Shown: positions 1-10,448, counted from the stretch's first letter. The stretch: DNA of 64,000 nt from an uncultured Planctomycetota bacterium (GCA_963849325.1 CAWKHF010000005.1:960001-1024000), one strand, 5' to 3'. The notes: generated by a model from the sequence alone, not told the origin. Made by a program: numbers and translations.

Positions 1-1
1 C

Positions 2-247
2 GTCAATCACTTCCTCGACAAGCCGCTGCCGTTGGCCCCGGTGCTCGCCGTGCTCAGCGGCATGGGCTTTGCCAGCCTCGGAGCGACGATCTGGGGCTGG
101 TTCTACGTCTGGAGCCTGGCTTTCTTCGGGCTGGCCGTGTTCATGGTTGGTGTCCCGTTCGGGCTGACCTACGGCCTGACGCTGCTCGGCTGCGGCTGGT
201 TTCTCTTGCTGGCGCTGGGCAGCGTTCAGCTGCACTATACGCGCTGA
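2..247 (+). CDS. 3' end of a multi-pass membrane protein (truncated by window edge)
   Basis: Open frame from position 2 to TGA at 247; several hydrophobic helices. Confidence 0.7.
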   Translation, partial: VNHFLDKPLPLAPVLAVLSGMGFASLGATIWGWFYVWSLAFFGLAVFMVGVPFGLTYGLTLLGCGWFLLLALGSVQLHYTR

Positions 248-254
248 GGTATCT

Positions 255-317
255 CGTTTAGCCGCGACGCGCAGCGGAGCGCGGCAGACGCGCTCCGCTG
301 CGCGTCGCGGCTAAACG
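255..317. repeat. Palindromic REP-like element, family A (TTAGCCGCGACGCGCAGCGGAGCGCG...CGCGCTCCGCTGCGCGTCGCGGCTAA)
   Basis: Perfect inverted arms with a 5-nt loop; between convergent genes; 4 more copies in window. Confidence 0.95.
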
Positions 318-352
318 GAGAGGAAATGGGACACCAGCACCGGACACGTGTA

Positions 353-1636
353 TTACGCCGCCACCGGCTGGACCTGCCGGAGCGGTTGACTCGGCGTGCT
401 TTGAAGATAATCGCCGAGCCGGTTCAGCCCTTCCTGCCATCGGCCGTCGTCGCCGGCGTAACTGATGCGGACGTAGCCGGCGCCGCTCGGCCCGAACAGG
501 TCGCCGGGCGTCACGCGCACCTTGCGCTCGCGGAGCAACCCCTCGGCGAAGCGACGGCCGCTCGCGCCCCTTTGCCAAACCGGCACCCACAAGAAGTAAC
601 CTCCCGCCGGCCAGGTCGGGTTCAAGTCCATGGCCCGCAAGCGCTCGTAGCCGTACCGCCGACGCGATTCCCATTCGGCGCGGACGGACGCGAATTGCCC
701 AGCATCGCCGCGCAGGGCGGCCAGGGCGATTTGCTGGCTGACCGTTGGCACGAACGGAGAGCGCAGGGCCGCGGTGAGCAGGCACGGCCGCAGCAAATGG
801 CGGTAAGCGGCCAGCCAGCCGACGCGGGCCGACGCCAGGCCATGGCCTTGACTGACGCTGCCCGCTGTCAAAGTGCGCGGACGCGCGCGGGGCATGGCGC
901 CGATGCCGGCCGGCGGACCTCCCGGATGATAGCGCTCGAAGGCGCCGTCGCTGAGCAGGAGCACGTCGTTGCGATCGGCCCACCAGGCGATCTGCTCCAG
1001 GTCTTCGGCGGCGATCACTCCGCCGGTCGGATTGGCCGGCGAATTGAGCACCATCAGGCGCGCTCTGCGCAGGACGCGGGCGAGGTGATCGAAGCGAAAG
1101 CGCGTGCGGCCGTCCTCGTTCCAGGTGGACAGCCAGCGGACACGGGCCTGACGCGCACCGACCGACAGGGTATACAACGGCGAACAGGGATCGAGCAGGA
1201 CGACGCGATCGCCGCGATTGACGAAGGCGTCGAGCACCGTCTGCACCGCCCCCAGCACTCCCGCCGTAATCAGAACTTCGCTGGCGGGATTGAATGCGAG
1301 ACCGTTGTCCGCGAGAAGTTTCTCGGCGACGGCCGCGCGTAGCTCGGACAGACCGGCCAGCGGCGGCAAGCCGCGCCGATCCACCGGCAGCTTGGTGGAG
1401 GCGGAGGGCAGCCAGTCGAAGGACGGCCAGCCGCGGCAGAGATCGATCGCGTCCGGCTCCTGCGGCCCCCACTCGTCGGCGACAGCTTCCAGCTCTCGCA
1501 GAGGGGAAGCGAACAGCCGATTGCTGTAATGACGCAGGAAGTCCGTCCCGCCGCCCGGGCGGCGTCGCCCACCCGGTACAAACCGAGAGAATCCACTGTG
1601 AAGGAAGAGCTTCCGCAGGAAAAGAGATGGTCTCAC
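353..1636 (-). CDS. Class I/II PLP-dependent aminotransferase-like protein (catalytic Lys position reads Gln)
   Basis: VLITAG, LNSPANPTG, GYVRISYA motifs; GSVSQGHGLASARVGW where SxSK is expected. Confidence 0.85.
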   Translation of the reverse strand: MRPSLFLRKLFLHSGFSRFVPGGRRRPGGGTDFLRHYSNRLFASPLRELEAVADEWGPQEPDAIDLCRGWPSFDWLPSASTKLPVDRRGLPPLAGLSELRAAVAEKLLADNGLAFNPASEVLITAGVLGAVQTVLDAFVNRGDRVVLLDPCSPLYTLSVGARQARVRWLSTWNEDGRTRFRFDHLARVLRRARLMVLNSPANPTGGVIAAEDLEQIAWWADRNDVLLLSDGAFERYHPGGPPAGIGAMPRARPRTLTAGSVSQGHGLASARVGWLAAYRHLLRPCLLTAALRSPFVPTVSQQIALAALRGDAGQFASVRAEWESRRRYGYERLRAMDLNPTWPAGGYFLWVPVWQRGASGRRFAEGLLRERKVRVTPGDLFGPSGAGYVRISYAGDDGRWQEGLNRLGDYLQSTPSQPLRQVQPVAA

Positions 1637-1846
1637 CGCACCCGCCTCGTGAACTAGGAAACCCTACGTCCGGCCCGGTGTCCGTCGAGAGGAGCGGTAT
1701 CTTACCCACGCGGTTCCCGCGCCACAACGCGAACCTGTTCGGCATGGCAGATGCACTACATCCGAGTGAGGGTTGACGCCGGCGGCCCAGCCGATGCACG
1801 AAAGGCAACCCCGCGACCAACACGTTCCCGAGAAGAGGAGTTCATC

Positions 1847-2443
1847 ATGACGCGCACCTTTGCGATTGCTTTGTCCGGCATCTTCGCCTGGACGAGCTTG
1901 GCCCAGGCCCAGTTTTATTCCGGCGCCATCCACCCCTTGCCGGCCCGACAGTCGATGAGTTCGAGGTATGCGTCTTCTCCGCAGACCACCGAAGGCACCA
2001 GCGTCACCGCCCCCCGCGACCTGGGCCGGATGGGATCGTTGCAGAGAGAGCAACCCGAGGAGAAGCCTCGGGACACGATGGATAAGGCATCGTATTACCA
2101 GGATGACTTCAAACCGGCGGCCTTCATTGAGCGGTTGTACGTCGATGTGCTCGGACGCGAACCGTCCGACCGGGAAGTCAGTTACTGGCTGCTACGTCTG
2201 CGAACGGAATCGCGCAAGCAAGTCGCCGCGGAATTGGCGCAGTGCCGGCCGCTGTACTGGTTGGGGCACTACGATCCGCGCTATGGCTCGGCGATTGATC
2301 CGGGATGGGGTTCGGGCCTCTACCCGGATCCGGCCAGCCTGAACTTCCGCGATCCGGGTGGGCCCTTCTTCAAAAGCCCGTACTTTCCCAATTATGAGTA
2401 CCGCCGGCCCATTCGAGCGTTCCCGCTCGGCGCCCGAGGTTAA
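1847..2443 (+). CDS. Secreted hypothetical protein with DUF4214-like helical segment
   Basis: GAGGAG RBS; signal peptide MTRTFAIALSGIFAWTSLAQA; FIERLYVDVLGREPSDREVSYW. Confidence 0.7.
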   Translation: MTRTFAIALSGIFAWTSLAQAQFYSGAIHPLPARQSMSSRYASSPQTTEGTSVTAPRDLGRMGSLQREQPEEKPRDTMDKASYYQDDFKPAAFIERLYVDVLGREPSDREVSYWLLRLRTESRKQVAAELAQCRPLYWLGHYDPRYGSAIDPGWGSGLYPDPASLNFRDPGGPFFKSPYFPNYEYRRPIRAFPLGARG

Positions 2444-2487
2444 CGGGGAAAATCCAACCCTCGCTTCGAGGCACGAACCTTTTTGCC

Positions 2488-2544
2488 GACAAGCCCGGAG
2501 CGCCAGCGACGGTTGTTCACCCGTCGCTGCGCTCCGGGCTTGTC
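2488..2544. repeat. Palindromic element (AAGCCCGGAGCGCCAGCGACGG...CCGTCGCTGCGCTCCGGGCTT), related to family B
   Basis: Near-perfect inverted arms between convergent genes. Confidence 0.85.
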
Positions 2545-2545
2545 T

Positions 2546-3394
2546 TCATTTTGCGCTGACCGAACCGAAATCGGGGTGGAAAATCACTTGCCGCGCGTCA
2601 ACTCTCAATCGGCGGGCCTCCTCTGGGAAAGGAGTTTTCCGCAGGGGAGGATAATGGCCGGGTTCCAGCGGTACTTCCTCGCCCATGACGAGACCGAGGA
2701 AGTTGGCCTTGGCCAAAATCTCGACGTGGACGAACGAACCATTCGACTGGATGGGGATACGCGCGAAGATGTCGCGGCGTTGCAGTCGGAAGGGGCAGGC
2801 GACGTCGCGATAGCGCACGCCGAAAAGTACGCGCACGGCCAGTCGGCCCAGTTCGCGCTTCCAGCCCAGCCAGCCGGGTGAGCGAGCCGGCGAATGTCCG
2901 AAGAGCACACGACAAAAGAAACGCCACAGCAATCCCATAAGGCGTCCCGGCCACGGCATCCGCTCGCCACCGCGCGCGGCGGACAGGACGTGAACGTGAT
3001 CGAGTTCCAGGTCCGGTTTGTCCGGCTCCGGGCGCTTCCGCAGCAAGCGACCGAGGTCGCTCGGCTGATAGTGCGGATCGCACAGGGTATAGAAAAGCAA
3101 GGGATGACGAGCGGAAGCCAGTCCCGTCCGCAGGGCCGCTCCTTCACCCTGGGAAGTGGCGTGCCGGAGGATTTGCACGCGCCGATAGCCGGAGGCCAGC
3201 TTGTCGGCCAGCGCCGCCGTGCCGTCCGTACTGCCGTCGTCCACGACGATCACTTCATAGTCCCGATCCAGCCCGTTGAGGAACGTCACCCAGGCCGCGA
3301 GCACGGCTTCCAGATGGTTCGCCGAATTGTGTGCCAGCAGGATCACGCTCAGCGACTGTGAAGCGATCGGCGGCAGACGGGGGAGTTCGGGCAT
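2546..3394 (-). CDS. Glycosyltransferase family 2
   Basis: LSVILLAHN, EVIVVDDGSTDGT, GEGAALRTG; the usual DxD position reads LCD. Confidence 0.85.
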   Translation of the reverse strand: MPELPRLPPIASQSLSVILLAHNSANHLEAVLAAWVTFLNGLDRDYEVIVVDDGSTDGTAALADKLASGYRRVQILRHATSQGEGAALRTGLASARHPLLFYTLCDPHYQPSDLGRLLRKRPEPDKPDLELDHVHVLSAARGGERMPWPGRLMGLLWRFFCRVLFGHSPARSPGWLGWKRELGRLAVRVLFGVRYRDVACPFRLQRRDIFARIPIQSNGSFVHVEILAKANFLGLVMGEEVPLEPGHYPPLRKTPFPEEARRLRVDARQVIFHPDFGSVSAK

Positions 3395-3415
3395 ATTGCG
3401 ATGGTGGAGAAGGTC

Positions 3416-5003
3416 TCAGGGGGCGAGTTCCGGCGCGCGTTCGCCGCGGAGCAGGACCAGCGGATGTTCGTGTCCCATGCTGGAGAGGTCGGTGTTCGCC
3501 ACGACTTTCTCCAGGTACACTCCACGCAAAGAGCGGCGGCATTCGGCGGCGTACTGCGGCGGGGTCACGACATAGTGCGTACCCGGCCCGAGCAGTCGCG
3601 CGTTCAGTTCTCCCCATTGTACGACAAGGACGAGCGGCCGACCCAGGTGAAAGGCGAGAGGATGGGCCTCGGTGCGGAAGAAGAGGATCTCCGCGGGCGG
3701 GGCGCCTGTCGGCGCACGGCGGCGGCGAACGCCCGATAATCGCGGTACGGCTCGTTGGCGGGCAACTGCCACTCTACCCGCACGAGCCACAACAGCGTCA
3801 TGACGCCGGCCACGGCGGCGAGAGAACCGACGGCCCCTTTTCGTCGTTCAGGGCGGAGGCTTTGCAACCAATGTTGCCCCACGCATCCCAGGAAGATCGC
3901 GGCCCCCGGATACGCTGGCAGCAGGTAGTCGGCACGCTTGAAGCGCGAACAGGAGAGGACCAGTAAAACACTGACGAACCAGGCCAAGCCGAAACGCGCC
4001 TCGGCATCGATCCGCCAGCAGCCGCGACGATACGCCCACCATGCGGCGAACGGCAGCAAGAGCGTCCACGGTAGAAAATCGCCGGCGAACTGAGGCAAGT
4101 AGAACCACCACGGATTGGAGCGCAAGCCGGAACCGCCCCAGCCGCGCTCGACGTTGTGGTGCCAGAGGAAGACGCGGAAGAATTCGCCCTGCGTGCGCGC
4201 GTTGGTCCAGAAAAACCAGGGCAACGTCAGGACCGCGACGAGCGGAAGACCCCACCACACGCCCAGCTCGCCGAGCGCCGGCGCCAGTTCCGCCAGCGCC
4301 GCGGCGACGGCGGACCACACTCCAGGGCGACGTGGGCGATCAGCACGGCCGCCGGCAGGACGAGGCCGATCGGCCCTTTCAGGTGAACGCCGGCCGCGAC
4401 GGACAGATACGTCAGACCCAGCAGGAGCCAGCGCACGCGGCCCTCCCAACCGCGTGCCAGGTAGGCGGCACCGACTGCGAGGGTGACGCTGAGTGTCAAC
4501 GGCATGTCAATGCGGCCGATGCGGGCCAGCCAGGTGAAGTGGACGGCCGTGGCCAGAACGGTCGCCGCCATCAGCCCGGCCGCGAGGCGCTGTCGTCCCC
4601 ATCCCAGTCCCAGTCCCACGGCCAGCACGCAAAGGGTCGCCGCGCCCGCCGCGGGCAGACGCACCGCCCAGGCATCGACCTCGCCGCCGCGCAGCTTGGC
4701 GATACCCGCAACCAACCAGTAGTAGAGGGGAGGCTTTTGCAGTTCGAGACGGCCATCGTACAGTCGCGGCAAGCCGCCGGCGCCGTCGTCGAGGATCGTC
4801 TGGGCATCCATGCCCGCCCGCGCCTCGTGGCTGCTCCACAGGTCGCGCTCGGCCAGACGATGAAAGAACAAACTATAAATCGCCAAGAGGGCGCAGATAA
4901 CAAAAACTCGTTTAGCCGCGACGCGCAGCGGAGCGCGGGAGAACCCCGCGCTCCGCTGCGCGTCGCGGCTAAACGAGGAGATTGTTTGGATAGGCAGTTC
5001 CAC
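3416..5003 (-). CDS. ArnT/PMT-like (GT39/GT83) polyprenyl-phosphate-sugar transferase; frameshifted, pieces 4227-5003, 3604-4449, 3416-3790
   Basis: LWSSHEAR, QKPPLYYW, ARIGRIDM, LKGPIG, PWWFY, KRADYLLPAYP motifs spread over three frames. Confidence 0.85.
4907..4977. repeat. Family A palindrome inside the N-terminal coding region of the ArnT-like gene
   Basis: Same arms as 255-317; translated as SFSRDAQRSAGFSRAPLRVAAKR. Confidence 0.9.
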
Positions 5004-5009
5004 GTTCGT

Positions 5010-7115
5010 TCACGCACACAAGCGCTGATTGTACGCTTCCTGCAGGCGCTGATAGGGCGGGCATCCGGCCAGAAGCTCGGCATGAGATCCGACGGCGGCG
5101 ATGCGACCGTTCTCCAGCACCACAATGCGGCCGGCGATCTCCAGCGTGTGCAAGCGGTGCGTGATGACGAAGGTCGTGCGGCCGACCATGAAGTCCTTCA
5201 TGGCCCGATGAATGAGCGCCTCGCTCTCGGCGTCGGCGGCGCTGGTGAATTCGTCCAGGATCAGGATGCTCGGGTTGCGCAGGATGGCGCGGGCCAGGGC
5301 CAGGCGCTGCTTCTGTCCGCCCGACAGCTTGCCGCCGATTTCGCCGACGCGCGTCTGGTAGCCTCGGGGCTGGGCGGTGATGAAGTCGTGAGCGAAGGCG
5401 CGGTGGGCCGCCGCCTCCACGTCTTCGGGCTTCGCCGCGCGCGTGCCGTAGGCGATGTTGTTGTAGATCGTGTCGTCGAAAAGGCGCGTCTCCTGGGTGA
5501 CGAGACCGATCTGCTGCCGCAGACTGCGCAGATTGACCGTGCGCAGGTCGTGTCCGTCGATGAGGACGCTGCCGTGGTCGGGGTCGTAGAAACGCGGCAG
5601 CAGACCCAGCATCGTCGTCTTGCCGCAGCCGTTGGCGCCGACCAGGGCGACCGTTTCGCCGGCGCGGACGCCGAGGTGGATGTCGTAGAGGATCGGATGG
5701 CCCGGCTGATACGAAAAGCATACGTCGCGGAATTCGATGTAATACGGCCGGCTTCGGGCCGATGACGAGGAGGCCGCGTTCGATTCGACCGCCGACTCTT
5801 CCAGGGAGGCCATCTGGAGGGTGGGGCGTGCCAGGCGTGGACCGTCGCTGTTGCCGCGCACGCGCGGCCGACGGTCCACGAAATCGAAGATGCGGTCAGC
5901 GGCCGCGCAGCCGGACTGAATGCGCGTGAACACGCTCGACAACTTGCGAACCGGGTCGGCGATGGCGGCCAGCAGAATGTACAGTTGCAGCAGCGACTCC
6001 GATTCCAACGGCTGCTGCGTCATGCGCATGCCGAACAGATGCGTGTGCTTTTGCAGCACCAGATGGCAGCCGGCCAACAGAGCGGCGGCCACCGCCGCCA
6101 CGCCGAGCACTTCGATAATCGGATCGGCCAGGGCGTCGATGGTCACCACCTTCATCGCTTTGTAGTAGTAGTCCTTCGTCGCCAGGCAGAAGCGCCGCCG
6201 TTCGTAAGGCTCCATCGTGAAGGCCTTGACGACGCGGATGCCCTGGAACGACTCTTGCAGGATCTTATAAATACTGGACATGCGCTCCAGCAGCCGTCGC
6301 GTCGCCTGCTTCATGATTCGGCCGACGCGGGCCAAGATGAACGCCGCCACCGGCACCAGCACCAGAAACATGAGCGTTAATTGCCAGCTAATGAAGCAGG
6401 CCATGATGACGCAGGCCAGGGCGCGGAGCGGCTCGGCCACCACCTTGCCGAACAGCGTCTTGATGCCGGTGCCCAGCGATTCCATGTCGTTGGTGAAGCG
6501 AGCCATCAGTTCGCTGGTGCCCTGTTCGCCGAACTGATCGACGTCGAGGTGAATGACGTTGCGATAGAAGCGATTGCGCAGGTCGAACAGCGTCAGATTG
6601 ACGACGCTTCCGACCAGCGATTCCTGGGCGAACTCGAAGAAACATTTGATGGCCACGCCCACCACGACGAAGAGGATCACCCAGGCCAGGGTGGTGAAGC
6701 AATCGGGGGCCAGGAAACGGTAAATGTACTTGCGCAGCACCTGGTGCCAGTACAGGCTGCTCCGGGCGGGACCGAGCTTGGCCTCCCACCTGGACAGATC
6801 GCGATTGATGTCGCGGATGCGCTGTTCGACGTAGCTGTTGCGCTGCTTGCTTTCTTCCAGTTCCTTGAGGTGGCTCAGCTCTTCGTCTTTGTTCTGATAT
6901 TCCGTAATCTGGGCCTGGATTTCGTTGATCCGTCCATCGACCCACTGATGCGGGCTTTGCTCGGTGTTGAGCAGCTTGAGGACGGGATAAATCGAGGTGA
7001 AGTTGGCCCCCCACAGGACCGCGGCGCAGAGAGCACACAAGATGGACAGAATCAGGCGCCGGCGGTACGGCACGGCATGACGGAGAGCGCGGAGGAAATT
7101 TTTCATGGTACTCAC
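5010..7115 (-). CDS. MsbA-like ABC exporter (fused TMD and NBD)
   Basis: Walker A GANGCGKT, LSGGQKQR signature, ILILDE, TM helices. Confidence 0.93.
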   Translation of the reverse strand: MSTMKNFLRALRHAVPYRRRLILSILCALCAAVLWGANFTSIYPVLKLLNTEQSPHQWVDGRINEIQAQITEYQNKDEELSHLKELEESKQRNSYVEQRIRDINRDLSRWEAKLGPARSSLYWHQVLRKYIYRFLAPDCFTTLAWVILFVVVGVAIKCFFEFAQESLVGSVVNLTLFDLRNRFYRNVIHLDVDQFGEQGTSELMARFTNDMESLGTGIKTLFGKVVAEPLRALACVIMACFISWQLTLMFLVLVPVAAFILARVGRIMKQATRRLLERMSSIYKILQESFQGIRVVKAFTMEPYERRRFCLATKDYYYKAMKVVTIDALADPIIEVLGVAAVAAALLAGCHLVLQKHTHLFGMRMTQQPLESESLLQLYILLAAIADPVRKLSSVFTRIQSGCAAADRIFDFVDRRPRVRGNSDGPRLARPTLQMASLEESAVESNAASSSSARSRPYYIEFRDVCFSYQPGHPILYDIHLGVRAGETVALVGANGCGKTTMLGLLPRFYDPDHGSVLIDGHDLRTVNLRSLRQQIGLVTQETRLFDDTIYNNIAYGTRAAKPEDVEAAAHRAFAHDFITAQPRGYQTRVGEIGGKLSGGQKQRLALARAILRNPSILILDEFTSAADAESEALIHRAMKDFMVGRTTFVITHRLHTLEIAGRIVVLENGRIAAVGSHAELLAGCPPYQRLQEAYNQRLCA

Positions 7116-7210
7116 GAACCTGGGGAGGTCAGCAGGGACGCCAGGCGATCCGTCTCGGCGCGGCTTCGGGTTTTAGCACAGGGGCGGATCGGGGACAAGG
7201 GCGAGTCCAC

Positions 7211-7361
7211 CCGGCCGGGTGTAACCCAATTCTCTGGGGGTGTCGGCGCCCTTGTAGGGTGGGTCGAGGGCCGCGAGGCCCACCATGCCCGCATGGTGGG
7301 CCTCGCGGCCCTCGACCCACCCTACCCCCGGCCCCCAGAGATTCGGGTTACACCCAGCCGG
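7211..7361. repeat. Nested palindrome: GTAG-type REP pair (7254-7325) inside a second ~30-bp inverted repeat (7211-7240 / 7332-7361)
   Basis: GTAGGGTGGGTCGAGGGCCGCGAGGCCCACCATGC and its exact reverse complement; outer arms CCGGCCGGGTGTAACCCAATTCTCTGGGGG / CCCCCAGAGATTCGGGTTACACCCAGCCGG. Confidence 0.9.
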
Positions 7362-7478
7362 CCGATGGGCATACAGAGTCTTGGCAATTGGCCGCGCGAT
7401 GCAGTAGGATTTGAGGAAGGTCCCCCCAGGCAAGCATGGGGGTTTCCCCTGGCCGTGGGGTCGGGGGCGGATTGAAAC

Positions 7479-8643
7479 ATGAACGACGATCTCCTCTGTT
7501 CCTGGTTGGGATTGCCGCCGGGAGGGTGGCCGCCCGATCATTACCGCCTGCTGGGCCTGGAGCCTGGCGAAGACAACGCGGAACTGATTGAGCAGCGCGT
7601 CCACCAGCGCCTGGACTCCGTCCGTCGCTATCAGATCATGCATCCGGAGCAGGCCACCGAGGCGATGAATCGGCTGGCCCAGGCGTTCGTCTGCCTCATG
7701 GACCCGGCGTCCAAGAAAGCCTACGACGCCACCTTGCCGGGCGCCGCGGCTCGGGCCGCCTCCTCCGCCAACGCCGCCGAGCAGGCGGCGAACGAGGATG
7801 GCCCGGTCTGGTTGGACGACCAGGCCGCCGTCGTTCCGTCCGCCCAGGCGGTGCCGTTTGGCCCGCCGGCCGCCGTCTCGTTCCCGTTCGCGGTCCCGGT
7901 CGTTCCTCCGCCGCTGCCCGCGTCGGCCGTCTTGAACTATGCCACCACCCCGCCGCCGATTCGCCAGCCTCCGCCCTTGCCGCCGCTGCCGCCTCCTCGC
8001 CGAGGCCGAACCTCCCGCCGCCGCGGAAGCCGGTCCCGCTCCCGTCCCCGTCCCAGCCGCGCCTCCGCCGGAGCCAGTGGACCCGGTGCTCGAAGCGGCC
8101 CAGTCCGGCCCCGCCCTTCGCGGCATCGCTACCAAGCGTGCCCTCTATCACCGCATCGTCCGTACCCGCCGACTCCTGCGTGTGTGGATCAACCTGGGCA
8201 AATACGTCGCCTCGCCCAAGCGTCGCCTGAGCCGTTCCACCGATGGCCCGGAGCTGGTTCGTCTTCTGGACGAAATGCTCACGCTGCTGAAGCGGTTCCC
8301 TCCTGTGCTGGGCGAGGCGGGTCAGCCGGGCTACCTGGTCCGAACGCTGACAGAGGTAGATACGGTCAAGGTGTTTCAGAGTTTCTCGCCGCATCAGCGC
8401 GAGGCGCTGACCCGCGACTGGCGGGCCGGCCAGAAACTCTTGTTGGCCCATCGGGATTTTCTGCGCCGGGAGGCGCGCTCGCTCCGCAATCGGCCGTGGC
8501 GCCAACGCCTGCTCCGATCCGCCTGGTCGCTGATGGTCGATCAGCCGGGGACCGTCCTCTTGTTGCTGGCCCTGGTCGCCATCAACGTCGCCCTGTGGCG
8601 GACCTATGCCCGTGTCCTGTGGGAGAAATTCTTCGGACACTGA
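7479..8643 (+). CDS. Planctomycete-type protein with J-domain-like N-terminus, Pro-rich linker and C-terminal TM helix; frameshift near 8000
   Basis: WLGLPPGGWPPDHYRLLGL...AQAFVCLMDPASKKAYD; continues in ORF 7939-8643. Confidence 0.75.
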
Positions 8644-8738
8644 GAGCGGACGCGGCACGCCGCGGGCATACAATCCGCAGTTTCGGCGCGGGCGGTCCCT
8701 TTGCTCTCCTTCCTCCCCGTTTGCCTATCTTCCTTACG

Positions 8739-8768
8739 TTGACAAGTCGCTGTCATTGAAGCTATCGT
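8739..8768 (+). promoter_or_regulatory. Candidate sigma70 promoter with an overlapping TGACA-N6-TGTCA palindrome (possible operator)
   Basis: TTGACA at 8739, TATCGT 18 nt later; inverted repeat 8740-8755; upstream of the MarR gene. Confidence 0.5.
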
Positions 8769-8841
8769 TAATATGTTCTCTTCGACACGTTTTCCTGGGA
8801 CGCCGGCGCGGGCCGTCCGCGCGGGGAGGGGCACGGTCATC

Positions 8842-9303
8842 ATGGTCGCCACCGGAACTGAGATGCGCGTGCAAGAGATCGCGCAGGATCTTTTCGACCT
8901 GATCACGCAGTTCTGCCTGGTCAGTCCGCGCGGCCGTCGCCGTTCCGGCGATCTCAAGGAAGTGGAGTTTTTGACGCTGTCGCTGCTGCACCATCACGAT
9001 ACGCTCATTGTCGGCGACATCCAGCGCCAGCTCGGCGTCCTGCCCGCTCAGATGTCGCGGATCATCCGCTCCCTGGAGACGCGCGAACGTCCCCTCATCG
9101 CCTGCCGCATCAATTCGCACGACAAGAGGAAGATTGACGTCGCCCTGACACCGGAAGGCATCGCCGCTTTCCTGGAGTACCAGTCGGCGCGCATCGGCAG
9201 CATTCACCACCTGATCGGCAAGCTCGCGGAAGAAGACCTCGACGATTTGCAGCGCTTGCTGGCCAAACTCCACGACGCCGTCGGCCCCTCCGTGCTCAGC
9301 TGA
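8842..9303 (+). CDS. MarR-family transcriptional regulator
   Basis: GGGAGG RBS; wHTH pattern MSRIIRSLE...[13 protein letters not shown]. Confidence 0.88.
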   Translation: MVATGTEMRVQEIAQDLFDLITQFCLVSPRGRRRSGDLKEVEFLTLSLLHHHDTLIVGDIQRQLGVLPAQMSRIIRSLETRERPLIACRINSHDKRKIDVALTPEGIAAFLEYQSARIGSIHHLIGKLAEEDLDDLQRLLAKLHDAVGPSVLS

Positions 9304-9306
9304 TCC

Positions 9307-9358
9307 GAGTCCGCCGCGTTCGCAAGGGAAGATCCCTCCTCGCTTACGCTGCGGGCTT
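9307..9358. repeat. Degenerate family-B-like palindrome downstream of MarR
   Basis: Right arm CTCGCTTACGCTGCGGGCTT recognisable; left arm decayed. Confidence 0.55.
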
Positions 9359-9530
9359 CGATGACCACGTCCTTGCCCTTCTCCTCGCTGTTATTACAAT
9401 TTTGAGAAGCGTATTACCGGATAAGGAAGCCCCTGGCATCCGCCAACGAATGGGCGAAGCCGTAAGCCAGAGGCGCCATCCGCCGAAGTCAACTTCCCTG
9501 TGGCCTGATCCAGAGAAAGGGGATGAAATC

Positions 9531-10448
9531 ATGACCGCACGCCGTTGCCTCCGTTCCCATTCTCCCGGCTTCACCTTGATCGAGCTGCTGGTTGTCATCG
9601 CCATCATTGCCGTGCTGATCGGACTGTTGCTGCCCGCTGTCCAGAAGGTCCGTGAGGCGGCCAGCGTTACGCGGTGCAGCAATAATGAGAAGCAGCTGAT
9701 GTTGGCGATCCATGCCTACCAGGACACCATGCAGGCTCTGCCGCCCTCGAACTTCTCCCAGGTGGTAAACCCGCAGACCGGCGACGTGGCCCAAGGCAGC
9801 GCCTTCTACGCGTTGTTGCCCTACTACGAGCAGGGCAACCTCTTCAACCAGTGTACGCAGAACATTCCCAAGCCCGGATACCTGACGGCCGAGTGGGTGC
9901 CGCTCAAGGTCCACGTCTGCCCCTCGGATCCAACGACCAACAACGGCATCGGCAGCGTTCCCCCCAACTACGCCACCGGCAACTACTCCCTCAACCTGGC
10001 GCTGTGGGGGGCTAGCGGCACATGGAACATCCAAGCGGCCCCCCCCCCTTACAAGATCGAAACCATCCCCGATGGTTCCTCGAACACCATCGGCATTGTC
10101 GAGGCGTCGGGCTGTTTCCCCGGCTACCCCACCGTGGACCCGCAGACGGGCACGCTGACGAGCTACATGACCTGGCATTGGCCCGCCTATCCGAATTCCT
10201 TCGGTCCCTACTGGCCCGACCCGGACGAGCTTCCCGGACAGCCGAACTACAGCGGGGTGTTCTCCTTGCCGCAGATCGGCGTCAACCCCATGAAGGCGGA
10301 CCCTAACCTTTCGCAGAGCTACCACGCCATCATGGTCGTGGCACTTATGGACGGCAGCATTCGCAAGATTTCTCCCGCTCTGACGCAGACGACGTGGACG
10401 AACGCACTGAATCCGGCGGATGGGCAAGTGCTGGGGAATGACTGGTAG
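9531..10448 (+). CDS. DUF1559-family prepilin-type N-terminal cleavage/methylation protein
   Basis: [46 protein letters not shown]-x-ALMDGS. Confidence 0.95.
   Translation: MTARRCLRSHSPGFTLIELLVVIAIIAVLIGLLLPAVQKVREAASVTRCSNNEKQLMLAIHAYQDTMQALPPSNFSQVVNPQTGDVAQGSAFYALLPYYEQGNLFNQCTQNIPKPGYLTAEWVPLKVHVCPSDPTTNNGIGSVPPNYATGNYSLNLALWGASGTWNIQAAPPPYKIETIPDGSSNTIGIVEASGCFPGYPTVDPQTGTLTSYMTWHWPAYPNSFGPYWPDPDELPGQPNYSGVFSLPQIGVNPMKADPNLSQSYHAIMVVALMDGSIRKISPALTQTTWTNALNPADGQVLGNDW

Noticed and set aside
9405-9520. Riboswitch in the DUF1559 leader
   Set aside because: Some pairing is possible (GGAAG/CTTCC, CTGGC/GCCAG), but it matches no aptamer consensus I recognise.
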